From assembly GCA_019694475.1 (NCBI GenBank), contig JAIBBX010000001.1, positions 384,001-448,000 on the forward strand: DNA of 64,000 nt. Reading direction: 5' to 3'. This stretch comes from Parachlamydiales bacterium (GTDB lineage: Bacteria > Chlamydiota > Chlamydiia > Chlamydiales > SM23-39). Positions 27,492 through 35,672 of the stretch are shown here, piece after piece; the first letter of the stretch is position 1; the number at the start of each line of letters is the position of its first letter. The position numbers and the translations under genes are program-made. Under the pieces are notes generated by a model that saw only the letters and a list, made by a program, of their open reading frames with translations, was not told the DNA's origin and made no database searches.

Positions 27492-28500
27492 CGTTCATGC
27501 ATTTGGCCAAAGGGCGAAAGGTCTTTTATCAAAAGCCCGGGCGCAAACAGCCTCTTTCTTCGGGGCAAAGCCTGAAGAAATTCTTTTTACTTCAGGAGGC
27601 ACTGAAAGCATCAATTATTTTCTACGGGGCTTAAGCGGCCATATCATCACCACCTCAATTGAACACTCTGCGATCTATAAAACTCTTCAAGCCTCGAAGC
27701 TCGAAGTGACTGAGCTGCCTGTCGGTCTATGGGGAGCGCCCCTTCCCGAGCAGATTGAAGAGGCGCTTCGCCCCAATACCTCTGCCATCATCTTATCGGC
27801 ATCAAACGGGGAAACGGGCGTGAAAATCGATCTCGAATCGATTGCACAAATCGCCTACAATCGGCATATGCCGCTTTTTATTGATGCAGTTTCTTATATC
27901 GGCAAAGAACCTTTTGTTCTCTATCCAGGCGTTACTGCTGTTGCGTTGAGCGCCCATAAATTCCACGGGCCGAAAGGAATTGGCGCCCTCTATCTCCGCT
28001 CATCTCTTAAGCTGCGTCCTGAAATCACGGGAGGCGCGCAAGAAATGGGCCGGCGTGCCGGCACTGAAAATCTTGCTGGGATATTAGGCTTAGGAGAAGC
28101 TTTAGATATCTTAAAGGAATCCCAAGCCCAAATTACAACCCAGCTTCTCGACCTGCGCATCCATTTTGAAAGCGAGCTTGTTCGAGAAATTCCAGACATC
28201 GCAGTCAATGGCTTAGGCCCTCGGATTTCCAACACAACCAACATCGCTTTTTTAGGATGCGATGGAGAAACTCTTCTCATGCAGTTAGATCTAGCTGGAA
28301 TTGCCGTAAGCCACGGTTCTGCTTGCAGTTCGGGGAGTTTAGAGCCATCCAGGGTTCTGATCAATATGGGCATCGATCGAAAAACGGCCCGTTCATCCAT
28401 CCGATTTTCGCTTTCTCGACTCAACACCCGAGAAGAGATAGATATAGCAGTCGAAAAAACAGCACAGATCGTTAAGAAACTTCGAAAAATGTCTTCTTGA
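27379..28500 (+). CDS. cysteine desulfurase (NifS/IscS-like class V aminotransferase)
   Basis: IYLDNNATT, PLP lysine motif SAHKFHGPKGIG, and catalytic Cys loop SHGSACSSG. Confidence 0.88.
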   Translation: MEMEERIYLDNNATTQLDPRVFKAMLLDLSGPPANPSSVHAFGQRAKGLLSKARAQTASFFGAKPEEILFTSGGTESINYFLRGLSGHIITTSIEHSAIYKTLQASKLEVTELPVGLWGAPLPEQIEEALRPNTSAIILSASNGETGVKIDLESIAQIAYNRHMPLFIDAVSYIGKEPFVLYPGVTAVALSAHKFHGPKGIGALYLRSSLKLRPEITGGAQEMGRRAGTENLAGILGLGEALDILKESQAQITTQLLDLRIHFESELVREIPDIAVNGLGPRISNTTNIAFLGCDGETLLMQLDLAGIAVSHGSACSSGSLEPSRVLINMGIDRKTARSSIRFSLSRLNTREEIDIAVEKTAQIVKKLRKMSS

Positions 28501-29107
28501 TCTCTTCGATGACCTTTTCATTTTGGCATGCAACGCCGAGGCCATGAGCGTGAGGGAAGATGAATTTTTTCATCGGCAGTTCGTGGAAAAAACGCCCCGT
28601 TTCTTCCGGATAAGCGACTACATCATGGACAAGAATTACCCCATCTTCTTTCATAAAAGGCTTCCAGTTCTCGTAGTGCTGTTTGGCCGATAAATAACTG
28701 TGCGCCCAATCGATGTGAAGGATATCGATTTGCCGAACCCATTTTTTTGCAATATCTTCAAAAGGACCGACGATGAGATGGATATTTTTCGCGTAATGAA
28801 AACGGATTGCATTCGAGATATTGCGAAAAGCGGTATCTAGGGCAAAGCATTTTGTAGCATAATTCCCCTCTTCAAACCAATCGATCCCGTAAACGTGTCC
28901 TTTATTGCGGTAGGCAAATGCGATTGTGGAAAGTCCTCTATCAAATCCTAAATCTACAACTGTTTGGGGTTTGAGCTTTTGAACGAGCCAGCAGGCGAAT
29001 CTTTGGTGTCCTTTCCATGTGCTTTCGATACTGCTTAGAAAAGAGAAAACAGCGTCTTTGGATATCGGGAAGGCCTTTTTCTTTCGAAGAGTCGCAACAG
29101 AGGACAT
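28472..29107 (-). CDS. putative class I SAM-dependent methyltransferase (weak)
   Basis: VVDLGFDRGLSTIAFA and HVYGIDWF resemble methyltransferase motifs I/II, and there is an ILHIDWAH motif. Overlaps the nifS-like 3' end by 29 nt (convergent). Confidence 0.5.
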   Translation of the reverse strand: MSSVATLRKKKAFPISKDAVFSFLSSIESTWKGHQRFACWLVQKLKPQTVVDLGFDRGLSTIAFAYRNKGHVYGIDWFEEGNYATKCFALDTAFRNISNAIRFHYAKNIHLIVGPFEDIAKKWVRQIDILHIDWAHSYLSAKQHYENWKPFMKEDGVILVHDVVAYPEETGRFFHELPMKKFIFPHAHGLGVACQNEKVIEEIKKTFFEVS

Positions 29108-29162
29108 TTAGCTCCAAGTCGGAAAAATAGATTATCAAGAAAAGCATTTCATTTCAAGATTA

Positions 29163-29223
29163 AGAAAAACAGGATGGACAGGATATCCCCTTCGCATAAG
29201 CGAAGGATTATCCTGACCATCCT
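29163..29223 (-). terminator. intrinsic terminator / palindromic repeat family C, copy 1
   Basis: Read on the minus strand: aggatggtcaggata-atccttcgc-ttat-gcgaagggat-tatcctgtccatcct followed by GTTTTTCT. Starts 10 nt after the stop of the CNNM gene. A related copy sits at 34774-34836. Confidence 0.7.
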
Positions 29224-29232
29224 AGTTTTCCT

Positions 29233-30438
29233 TTATTCATGGATGGAGCGGACGGACAATGTTTTTATGCCTCGCAAGGTCGGTTCTTCAACGGTGAATT
29301 CAAGATCGCCGATCCGGACCGATTCGCCTTTCACAGGCAAGTGATCCAAATGGGAAAGAATCAAATCGTTCAGCGTGTCCCCTTCCCCTTCTGGCAAGCT
29401 GGAATCAAACTGCGTATTAAACTCCGAAACGCTCATTTCACCAGACAGAGTACGCTGAATATAATGCCCCGCCTCTTCTTGAGAGCTCGCTCGCGACTCT
29501 TCTCCAAAGATCTGGGCTAAGATTTGATCCAAATTGAGAATGCCTGCCGCCTGTCCGGTAGGTTCCAAAATGACCGCCGTGCTTTGATTGTTCCGCTTGA
29601 ATTGCTGCAAGAGCTGCAAAATCGATGTATCTCTGGTCACAAACCAGGGAGATCTAGCTGCATCGATCACTCGCTTTTTTTCTTCGAGCGGAAGGAGATC
29701 TCTTAAAGTAACAATGCCAACAATGTTATGGGTATATCTATGGTAAATGGGAATGATGGGAGTATAATGGACGCTGAGTAGATGGCGCACATCGGCCAGT
29801 GTCGCCTGCGATGGGGCCATCTGTACATCGGAAATCGGGATCATCAGCTGTCCGGCAATCAAGTTTTTCAAGTTAAAAATCCGGCTGACCGCTGCGTTAA
29901 ATTCATCAGTTCCAGCCTCTTTTTCCTCAAAAGCCATCCTCACCTCTTCTCGTGTTAGGAAGAGAGGGGTTTCGAGTTCTTTGCCCATGATTTTGTGGAT
30001 TCCTTTTGAAATCGCATCAAAAGCCATGATGATGGGCGAAAGAATTTTCGCTAAAAAAATCATGACAGGGACGCAAAACATAGCCGCTTGCTCTGGATGC
30101 CGCCTTGCAGCAAACATCGGAGCAAGTTCGCCGAAGATCACTACAATCGGCACCTGGGTTAAAGGAGCCCAGTCGGGGTTGAGGTTCATCGATTCGTAAA
30201 AGCGTCTCGCGCATTCCGACCCGATGACGAGAGATGTAGTGATTCCAATTAGCGTTGTTCCAAAAAGACGCGACGGTGATTTGAGTAGATAATTAAGCCA
30301 CAACGCCCGCTTTGTTCCAATACTTACGTAATACTGAAGCCTCACCTTATTGAATGAAACGCAGGCCATTTCGAAGAAGGCAAAAAAACCCTGAATTGCA
30401 ACTGCGAGGAGGGTGAATAATAAATACGAGTGATTCAC
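29233..30438 (-). CDS. CNNM/CorC (TlyC-type 'hemolysin') family protein: DUF21 TM domain + CBS pair + CorC_HlyC
   Basis: N-terminal 4-TM domain, CBS-pair region (MIPISDVQ..., IVGIVTLRDLL), and C-terminal transporter-associated domain (GDLEFTVEEPTLRGIKTLSV). Confidence 0.8.
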   Translation of the reverse strand: MNHSYLLFTLLAVAIQGFFAFFEMACVSFNKVRLQYYVSIGTKRALWLNYLLKSPSRLFGTTLIGITTSLVIGSECARRFYESMNLNPDWAPLTQVPIVVIFGELAPMFAARRHPEQAAMFCVPVMIFLAKILSPIIMAFDAISKGIHKIMGKELETPLFLTREEVRMAFEEKEAGTDEFNAAVSRIFNLKNLIAGQLMIPISDVQMAPSQATLADVRHLLSVHYTPIIPIYHRYTHNIVGIVTLRDLLPLEEKKRVIDAARSPWFVTRDTSILQLLQQFKRNNQSTAVILEPTGQAAGILNLDQILAQIFGEESRASSQEEAGHYIQRTLSGEMSVSEFNTQFDSSLPEGEGDTLNDLILSHLDHLPVKGESVRIGDLEFTVEEPTLRGIKTLSVRSIHE

Positions 30439-31658
30439 TTTCTCAACCTCCGGACATAAATCCTTCGAATCCGATTGGGCTCTGCAGAAAGGACGTAAAA
30501 AAGAAAATCATCTGTTGCATATTTGGTTCCCGTGACAGGGATATCTCCCAATTGTTCGATCAGCCAGCCACCTAAAGTAACGATATTTCCATCGGACTTG
30601 AGATCGACATCGAAAAGTTCTCGGAATTCGCTGAGCTCCATTTTCCCGCTCGCAATAATGACATCATCGCTCGATCTAGTATAAAGACTTTTGGCATCTC
30701 TCGCATCGATGATTTCTCCGATGACAGCCTCAACTAGATCTTCTTGCGTAATCAGGCCTGAAATCGAACCATATTCATCGACCACCATGGCCAAATTGAT
30801 CCCCCTCTCGCGCAAATTGCGAAGGGCTGTCCAGCTCCGGGTCGCCTCTGGCAAATAGTAGGGCTTTCGTAAAATGGGGAGGAGATCTTTCCCTGCAGAA
30901 ATTTGATTCTTGTGAAAGAAATACTGTTTAGCCGAAAGGATGCCTCGCAAATTTTCCAGATCTCCATCGCAGATGGGAATGCGGCTGATTTCCTTATCGA
31001 TGAATAATTCGATCAGGACCGAAATCGGTTCTTGAATGTCGTAATATAAAACTTCTTCCCGCGGACGCATGTGCTCTTTTACATGCGAATGCTGCAGATC
31101 CAGAGTGCCTCCGATCAAGTCTGACTCAATTGGCAGCAATATGCCCCGCTCTTCCGATGTTTTTAACACATGCCTCAATTCGTCAGCGGAAATCTCCGGC
31201 TCTTTGCGCAAGAAAAAAAAGAGTACGCGGGAGATCGCTCCGGTCATTTTGGTCAGCGGGCCTCGAATGACCCCTAAAACTTTCGACGCTCCTTGAATCC
31301 AGGGAGCTACTCGATAGGCGATCGCTGTGTGATTGGGAAGAGCGATCGATTTGGGGAGTACTTCTCCAAAAATCAGGGTCAAAGCGAGCGGTACGCCGAC
31401 CTTCAAAACCCAGCTCTGATACGCATCAAAGATCGTAGATACCGTGTTTTGGATCAAAATATTGGCTAAAATATTCAAGATCAGGATCGTAACGAGCACC
31501 TGCCTTGGATTTTCCATGAGGCGGCTGATCAGATTGAGTCTTAGATCCGTTGCATTGCGATACGATTTGATCGTCAGCGGAGACAAAGAAAAAAGCGCTG
31601 TTTCCGAACCCGAAAGCCAGGCAGAAAGCAGTATCAAAAGAACCAGAAAGAAAATCAT
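30435..31658 (-). CDS. CNNM/CorC family protein, paralogue of the downstream gene
   Basis: LSGSETALFSL, FGEVLPKS, CBS pair, and C-terminal FLFYVLSAEPNRIRRIYV. Start moved to ATG 31658, which forms an ATGA overlap with the upstream ftsB-like gene. Confidence 0.8.
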   Translation of the reverse strand: MIFFLVLLILLSAWLSGSETALFSLSPLTIKSYRNATDLRLNLISRLMENPRQVLVTILILNILANILIQNTVSTIFDAYQSWVLKVGVPLALTLIFGEVLPKSIALPNHTAIAYRVAPWIQGASKVLGVIRGPLTKMTGAISRVLFFFLRKEPEISADELRHVLKTSEERGILLPIESDLIGGTLDLQHSHVKEHMRPREEVLYYDIQEPISVLIELFIDKEISRIPICDGDLENLRGILSAKQYFFHKNQISAGKDLLPILRKPYYLPEATRSWTALRNLRERGINLAMVVDEYGSISGLITQEDLVEAVIGEIIDARDAKSLYTRSSDDVIIASGKMELSEFRELFDVDLKSDGNIVTLGGWLIEQLGDIPVTGTKYATDDFLFYVLSAEPNRIRRIYVRRLRK

Positions 31659-31921
31659 TTCTTGAAGTGTACTTTGAGGAAGCCTTCTGGCACAACACCT
31701 AATTCGCGGATCAAAACCATCTCGATCCAAGCAGGATCATTTTGAGAGGCGATCCGAAGCTGCAGATCTTCTTTCATCTGAAGAGCTTGTAGCTTTTCTT
31801 TTTCCATTTCTTCTAAGCGGTTTTGCAGCTCGTGAAACGCCAGTTTTTTTTCTTTCGAAAAATGAACGTGGGCAAGAACAGCTATGACACAGAAACCAAC
31901 AACCCACCAATTTCTCTTCAT
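31655..31921 (-). CDS. septum formation initiator (FtsB/DivIC-like) protein
   Basis: 88 aa with a single N-terminal TM (WWVVGFCVIAVLAHV), a coiled coil, and the family-typical DPAWIEMVLIRELGVVPEG. Confidence 0.65.
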   Translation of the reverse strand: MKRNWWVVGFCVIAVLAHVHFSKEKKLAFHELQNRLEEMEKEKLQALQMKEDLQLRIASQNDPAWIEMVLIRELGVVPEGFLKVHFKK

Positions 31922-31943
31922 ATCTTTCTAAATACCACGGTTC

Positions 31944-32510
31944 TTATATTGTCGGATAGGTGATTTCCAATTGCTTCATGTACTTTCCCTTTCGGTCCGC
32001 GTAAGAGACTTCGCAAGACTCATCGGCCAGGAAGAAGAGAACCTGCGCCAACCCTTCCCCTGCATAAATTTTTGCGGGCAAAGGAGTTGTGTTTGAAATT
32101 TCCAAAGTCACAAATCCTTCCCATTCCGGTTCGAAGGGAGTAACGTTGACGATGATGCCGCATCTAGCATAGGTTGATTTGCCGATGCATAAAGTCAAGA
32201 CGTTGCGTGGGATGCGGAAATATTCTACGCTTTTAGCTAATGCGAATGAATTGGGGGGGATGATGCAGACTGAGCCGCGTATATCGACGAACGAATCTTT
32301 TTGGAAGTTTTTCGGATCGACGATCGTATTGTGGACGTTTGTGAAGACTTTGAATTCTTCTGCCACTCGCAAGTCGTAGCCGTAGCTTGATAAGCCGAAG
32401 CTGACAAGTTTTGAGCCATTTTCTTCTTTCACCTGACGATCGGCGAAAGGTTCAATCATCTTATGTTCGATCGCCATTCGGCGAATCCATTTATCTGATC
32501 GTAAAGTCAT
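31944..32510 (-). CDS. dcd: dCTP deaminase
   Basis: 188 aa. [12 protein letters not shown], and the overall length and pattern fit the trimeric dUTPase-like Dcd family. Confidence 0.8.
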   Translation of the reverse strand: MTLRSDKWIRRMAIEHKMIEPFADRQVKEENGSKLVSFGLSSYGYDLRVAEEFKVFTNVHNTIVDPKNFQKDSFVDIRGSVCIIPPNSFALAKSVEYFRIPRNVLTLCIGKSTYARCGIIVNVTPFEPEWEGFVTLEISNTTPLPAKIYAGEGLAQVLFFLADESCEVSYADRKGKYMKQLEITYPTI

Positions 32511-32578
32511 AATTTTGCCGGGGGTTCATTCTTTAGCGTAGCGTTTCAAATGGTTTTCTTGCTACAGTTTTCTGATAT

Positions 32579-33592
32579 ATGAAAGAAGGTTTTATCGAGT
32601 CCTCTTGGGCCAAGCCCGACGCACCTTTTGAAAACCCGCTCAGACCTCAATTTTTGCATGAATTTGTTGGACAAGAAGCGGTGCGCGCTCGATTGGAAAT
32701 TTTTGTAGAAGCTGCAAAATCGCGCAAAGAGGCGCTTGGACATGTTCTTTTTTCAGGCCCGCCTGGTCTTGGTAAAACAACTCTTGCGCATATTATTGCA
32801 AAATCAATGGGGACTCAACTGACCGTAACATCAGGCCCATCCATTGAAAAACCAGGCGATCTAGCAGGGATTCTCACCAATTTAAAACAAGGCGATGTCC
32901 TTTTTATCGATGAAATCCATCGCATGCCAAAGGCTGCGGAAGAATATCTCTATTCAGCAATGGAAGATTTTTCTCTTGACCTCATGATTGATTCTGGGCC
33001 GAATGCCCGCACGGTTCAAGTGAAACTCAATCCATTTACTCTTGTTGGAGCCACTACTCGTTCGGGCCTTTTAAGCGCTCCGATGCGGTCCCGTTTCATT
33101 ATTTCGCTTCGACTCGATTACTATACTCCCTTCGATTTACAAAAAATTGTGGACCGGTCAGGCAAACTTCTGGGATTTGAATTATCGTCCGATGCTTCGC
33201 TTGAAATTGCAAAAAGGTCGCGCGGCACGCCGCGGATTGCAAACAATCTCCTTCGATGGGTGCGCGATTTCGCTCTTGTGCAAAAGGCTCGCGATATCGA
33301 TGCGAAACTCAGCACTAAAGCGCTCGATATGTTAGCAATTGATGCGCTTGGATTAGATGAAATGGACAAAAAAATCCTAAGTGTTATCATTGATCATCAC
33401 GAAGGGGGCCCTGTTGGCCTCAATAATTTGGCAGCCGCTTGCGGCGAAGAGTCTCATACCATTGAAGAGGTTTATGAGCCTTTTTTGATTTTGCAAGGGA
33501 TGATTCGACGAACCCCGAGGGGGCGCGTCGCAACAGCTACTGCCTACGAACACCTTGGCCGAAAGCCAAAAAATTTGGAGTTTTTTAAATGA
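32579..33592 (+). CDS. ruvB: Holliday junction branch migration helicase RuvB
   Basis: LRPQFLHEFVGQE, Walker A GPPGLGKTTLA, Walker B VLFIDEIHR, and GTPRIANNLLRWVRDF. Confidence 0.93.
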   Translation: MKEGFIESSWAKPDAPFENPLRPQFLHEFVGQEAVRARLEIFVEAAKSRKEALGHVLFSGPPGLGKTTLAHIIAKSMGTQLTVTSGPSIEKPGDLAGILTNLKQGDVLFIDEIHRMPKAAEEYLYSAMEDFSLDLMIDSGPNARTVQVKLNPFTLVGATTRSGLLSAPMRSRFIISLRLDYYTPFDLQKIVDRSGKLLGFELSSDASLEIAKRSRGTPRIANNLLRWVRDFALVQKARDIDAKLSTKALDMLAIDALGLDEMDKKILSVIIDHHEGGPVGLNNLAAACGEESHTIEEVYEPFLILQGMIRRTPRGRVATATAYEHLGRKPKNLEFFK

Positions 33593-34773
33593 AGACTTTT
33601 TCATTCTTAGCCGCAGTCCTCCTCTGCAGCGGTTTTTCATCGGTGCAAGCAGAGGAATTCTCATCTTATGAGCGCATCGCAGAGCCGATGGCGCCGCGAA
33701 ACATTCAGATTCTGATTGAAAAAGATAGCGAAGGAGCTCTCCTTGAAGTAAAGGGTCCTTATTATATTTTCAATCCGCATGATGGTTCCCGCGTTGCTTC
33801 GGGACTCTTGGGTAAAAGATTCATGGTCCACGAATTGGAAAACGGCCTCAAATGGGGCGAAGAATTTCCAGGGATCCATCAGCTCTACATTAAGCCCCGC
33901 TCTTCTGAAACATCTGTGTTCATCAATGGAATCCAATATTCAGGCGCGGTTGCAATTTATGGAGTTGCTGGAAAAATCAACATCGTCAACGATATCGACA
34001 TTGAATCGTACGTAAAATCAAAGCTCACCTCGCAGTTTCTTGCACCACTGGAGCCTGAAGTGATGTCGGCGCTCGCGATTTTGGCCAGAACGGATGCATA
34101 CTTTTATTCTACTCGGGCCAATTCAAACAGTTTTTGGCATGTAAACGCAAAGGACATCGATTATCAAGGTTCAGCTCTTGTCGTCCACAATTCTCTGATC
34201 GATCGGGTTGTTGAAAGCACGCGGCATCTGATTTTGCTGCATGGAGAGGATGGAAAAGATGTTCCTTTTGCAACAACTTGGACAGAAAACTGCGCAGGAA
34301 AAACAGCTCCTTATTCACAGATTTTCCGCAAAGAAGCCATGGCTCCTCAAAAAGGTGTTGAAGCTCCGCACGCAGCCCTTGCTCGCGAAGATTCTAAGTG
34401 GAACTACCAGATTGGCCGCAAAACATTGGCCCACATGTTCAACTTAAAGCAACTTTCTGCATTTGAGATTTTTGTCGATAAGACATCATCAAAAGTTTAT
34501 GGAGTGCGCCTCAAAGACGGCAAAGAAACAGTCGACATCGACTTTTTCACGTTACAGGATCGTCTAGGTACAGCACATATTAAGAGTTCTGACTTTACCG
34601 TGTCTCTGAAAGAGGATTCTGTGGTTTTCACAGGATTTGGAAAAGGACATGGAGTCGGATTGTGCCTCTATTCTGCCAACGCTCTTGCTCAGAATGGAGA
34701 AAATGCAGTCAAGATCTTGAGCAAATTCTATCCAGAGACCTATCTCTACAATTTGGACGCAGTTCCCAAATAG
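33589..34773 (+). CDS. SpoIID/LytB-domain protein (secreted)
   Basis: Signal peptide MKTFSFLAAVLLCSGFSSVQA. Domain call comes from overall pattern and the position after ruvB. C-terminal GKGHGVGLCLYSA is typical of SpoIID-like proteins. Confidence 0.6.
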   Translation: MKTFSFLAAVLLCSGFSSVQAEEFSSYERIAEPMAPRNIQILIEKDSEGALLEVKGPYYIFNPHDGSRVASGLLGKRFMVHELENGLKWGEEFPGIHQLYIKPRSSETSVFINGIQYSGAVAIYGVAGKINIVNDIDIESYVKSKLTSQFLAPLEPEVMSALAILARTDAYFYSTRANSNSFWHVNAKDIDYQGSALVVHNSLIDRVVESTRHLILLHGEDGKDVPFATTWTENCAGKTAPYSQIFRKEAMAPQKGVEAPHAALAREDSKWNYQIGRKTLAHMFNLKQLSAFEIFVDKTSSKVYGVRLKDGKETVDIDFFTLQDRLGTAHIKSSDFTVSLKEDSVVFTGFGKGHGVGLCLYSANALAQNGENAVKILSKFYPETYLYNLDAVPK

Positions 34774-34836
34774 AAAAACAAGATAGACAGGATTACCCCT
34801 CGCTTATCGCGAGGGGTTTATCTTGTCCATCTTGTT
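34774..34836. terminator. palindromic repeat family C, copy 2 (terminator-like hairpin)
   Basis: aacaagatagacaggattacccctcgc-ttat-cgcgaggggtttatcttgtccatcttgtt lies directly after the spoIID-like stop. It has the same architecture and shared GACAGGAT/CCCCTCGC blocks as 29163-29223. The T-run is on the minus-strand side. Confidence 0.6.
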
Positions 34837-34860
34837 AAATATGGGGCCGCCTGATAGAAT
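34832..34860 (+). promoter_or_regulatory. candidate promoter of the SRP RNA gene
   Basis: TTGTTA-N17-TAGAAT ends 8 nt before the predicted 5' G of the SRP RNA. The -35 element lies inside the right arm of hairpin C2. Confidence 0.5.
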
Positions 34861-34867
34861 TCTTTTT

Positions 34868-34962
34868 GCCGGGGACCTTATGGAGTAAGCAATCTGAACC
34901 AGGTCAGGGCCGGAAGGCAGCATCCTTAAGGAATCTGCCTTATGCCATAGGCCATCTCCGGC
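34868..34962 (+). ncRNA. ffs: signal recognition particle RNA (4.5S, small bacterial type)
   Basis: ACCAGGTCAGGGCCGGAAGGCAGCA matches the universally conserved domain IV (E. coli: ACCAGGUCAGGUCCGGAAGGAAGCAGC) with a GGAA tetraloop. The 5' GCCGGGGA pairs with the 3' TCTCCGGC, followed by GTTTTT. Lies in an intergenic gap. Confidence 0.8.
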
Positions 34963-34968
34963 GTTTTT

Positions 34969-35562
34969 CTATTTAATTTTTTCCTCATACGCCAAACAAA
35001 TTTTTCGAAGAGCGCTCTCTGCCTCAATCCCCTTTTGCTCTGCTTCCCTAACAAGATCCCAAAACCGCTGGCCAATGTCATCTGAAATTTTCTCTTCAAT
35101 AATAGGATTCTTTTTACGACGCATCTTGCTGATCACTTTCTGAGCGCGGGCCAAAGCAGGCAAGGTGGGAGGAATGTCGGCAATCGGGCTCTTTTTCCCC
35201 TCTTTTTTCTTTACCTCTTCCCAGTTGCTCGCAACATCTTCTGCTGAGGAAATTTTTTTCTCGCCAAAGATGTGGGGATGGCGCCTAATCAGCTTCTCAG
35301 CCACAGTTTGAATCGAGCGGCTTAATGTAAAACTCCCCTCTTTCTCACCCAATTTGGCGATGAAGATCAATGCATAGAGGACATCCCCTAGCTCTTCCAT
35401 TGTTTTTTCTCGATTTTCTTGATCGATCGCTTCGATCAATTCATGGGTTTCTTCAAGCAGATAGGGCTGTAAAGTAAAAAATGTTTGTTCAAGGTCCCAT
35501 GGACATCCATTGGGTCCAAGCAACCGGTCGGCAACTGATAAGAGATGTTCAAATTCTTTCAT
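34969..35562 (-). CDS. mazG: nucleoside triphosphate pyrophosphohydrolase MazG (single-domain form)
   Basis: CPWDLEQTFFTLQPYLLEETHELIEAI, EELGDVLY and RHPHIFG. Confidence 0.82.
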   Translation of the reverse strand: MKEFEHLLSVADRLLGPNGCPWDLEQTFFTLQPYLLEETHELIEAIDQENREKTMEELGDVLYALIFIAKLGEKEGSFTLSRSIQTVAEKLIRRHPHIFGEKKISSAEDVASNWEEVKKKEGKKSPIADIPPTLPALARAQKVISKMRRKKNPIIEEKISDDIGQRFWDLVREAEQKGIEAESALRKICLAYEEKIK

Positions 35563-35672
35563 AAATATTTCTTGCGTCCTTGTAGAGAAAAAAATACAAT
35601 GCTTTGCTCAATCATTTCAACGAGAATTTAACTCGGAAATGAAACGGAAGATAGAGTATAATCTTTGCCACT

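Noticed and set aside
27990-28427. 145-aa ORF antisense to the cysteine desulfurase gene
   Set aside because: It is a shadow ORF of a highly conserved gene, with an Arg/Ser/Pro-rich translation.
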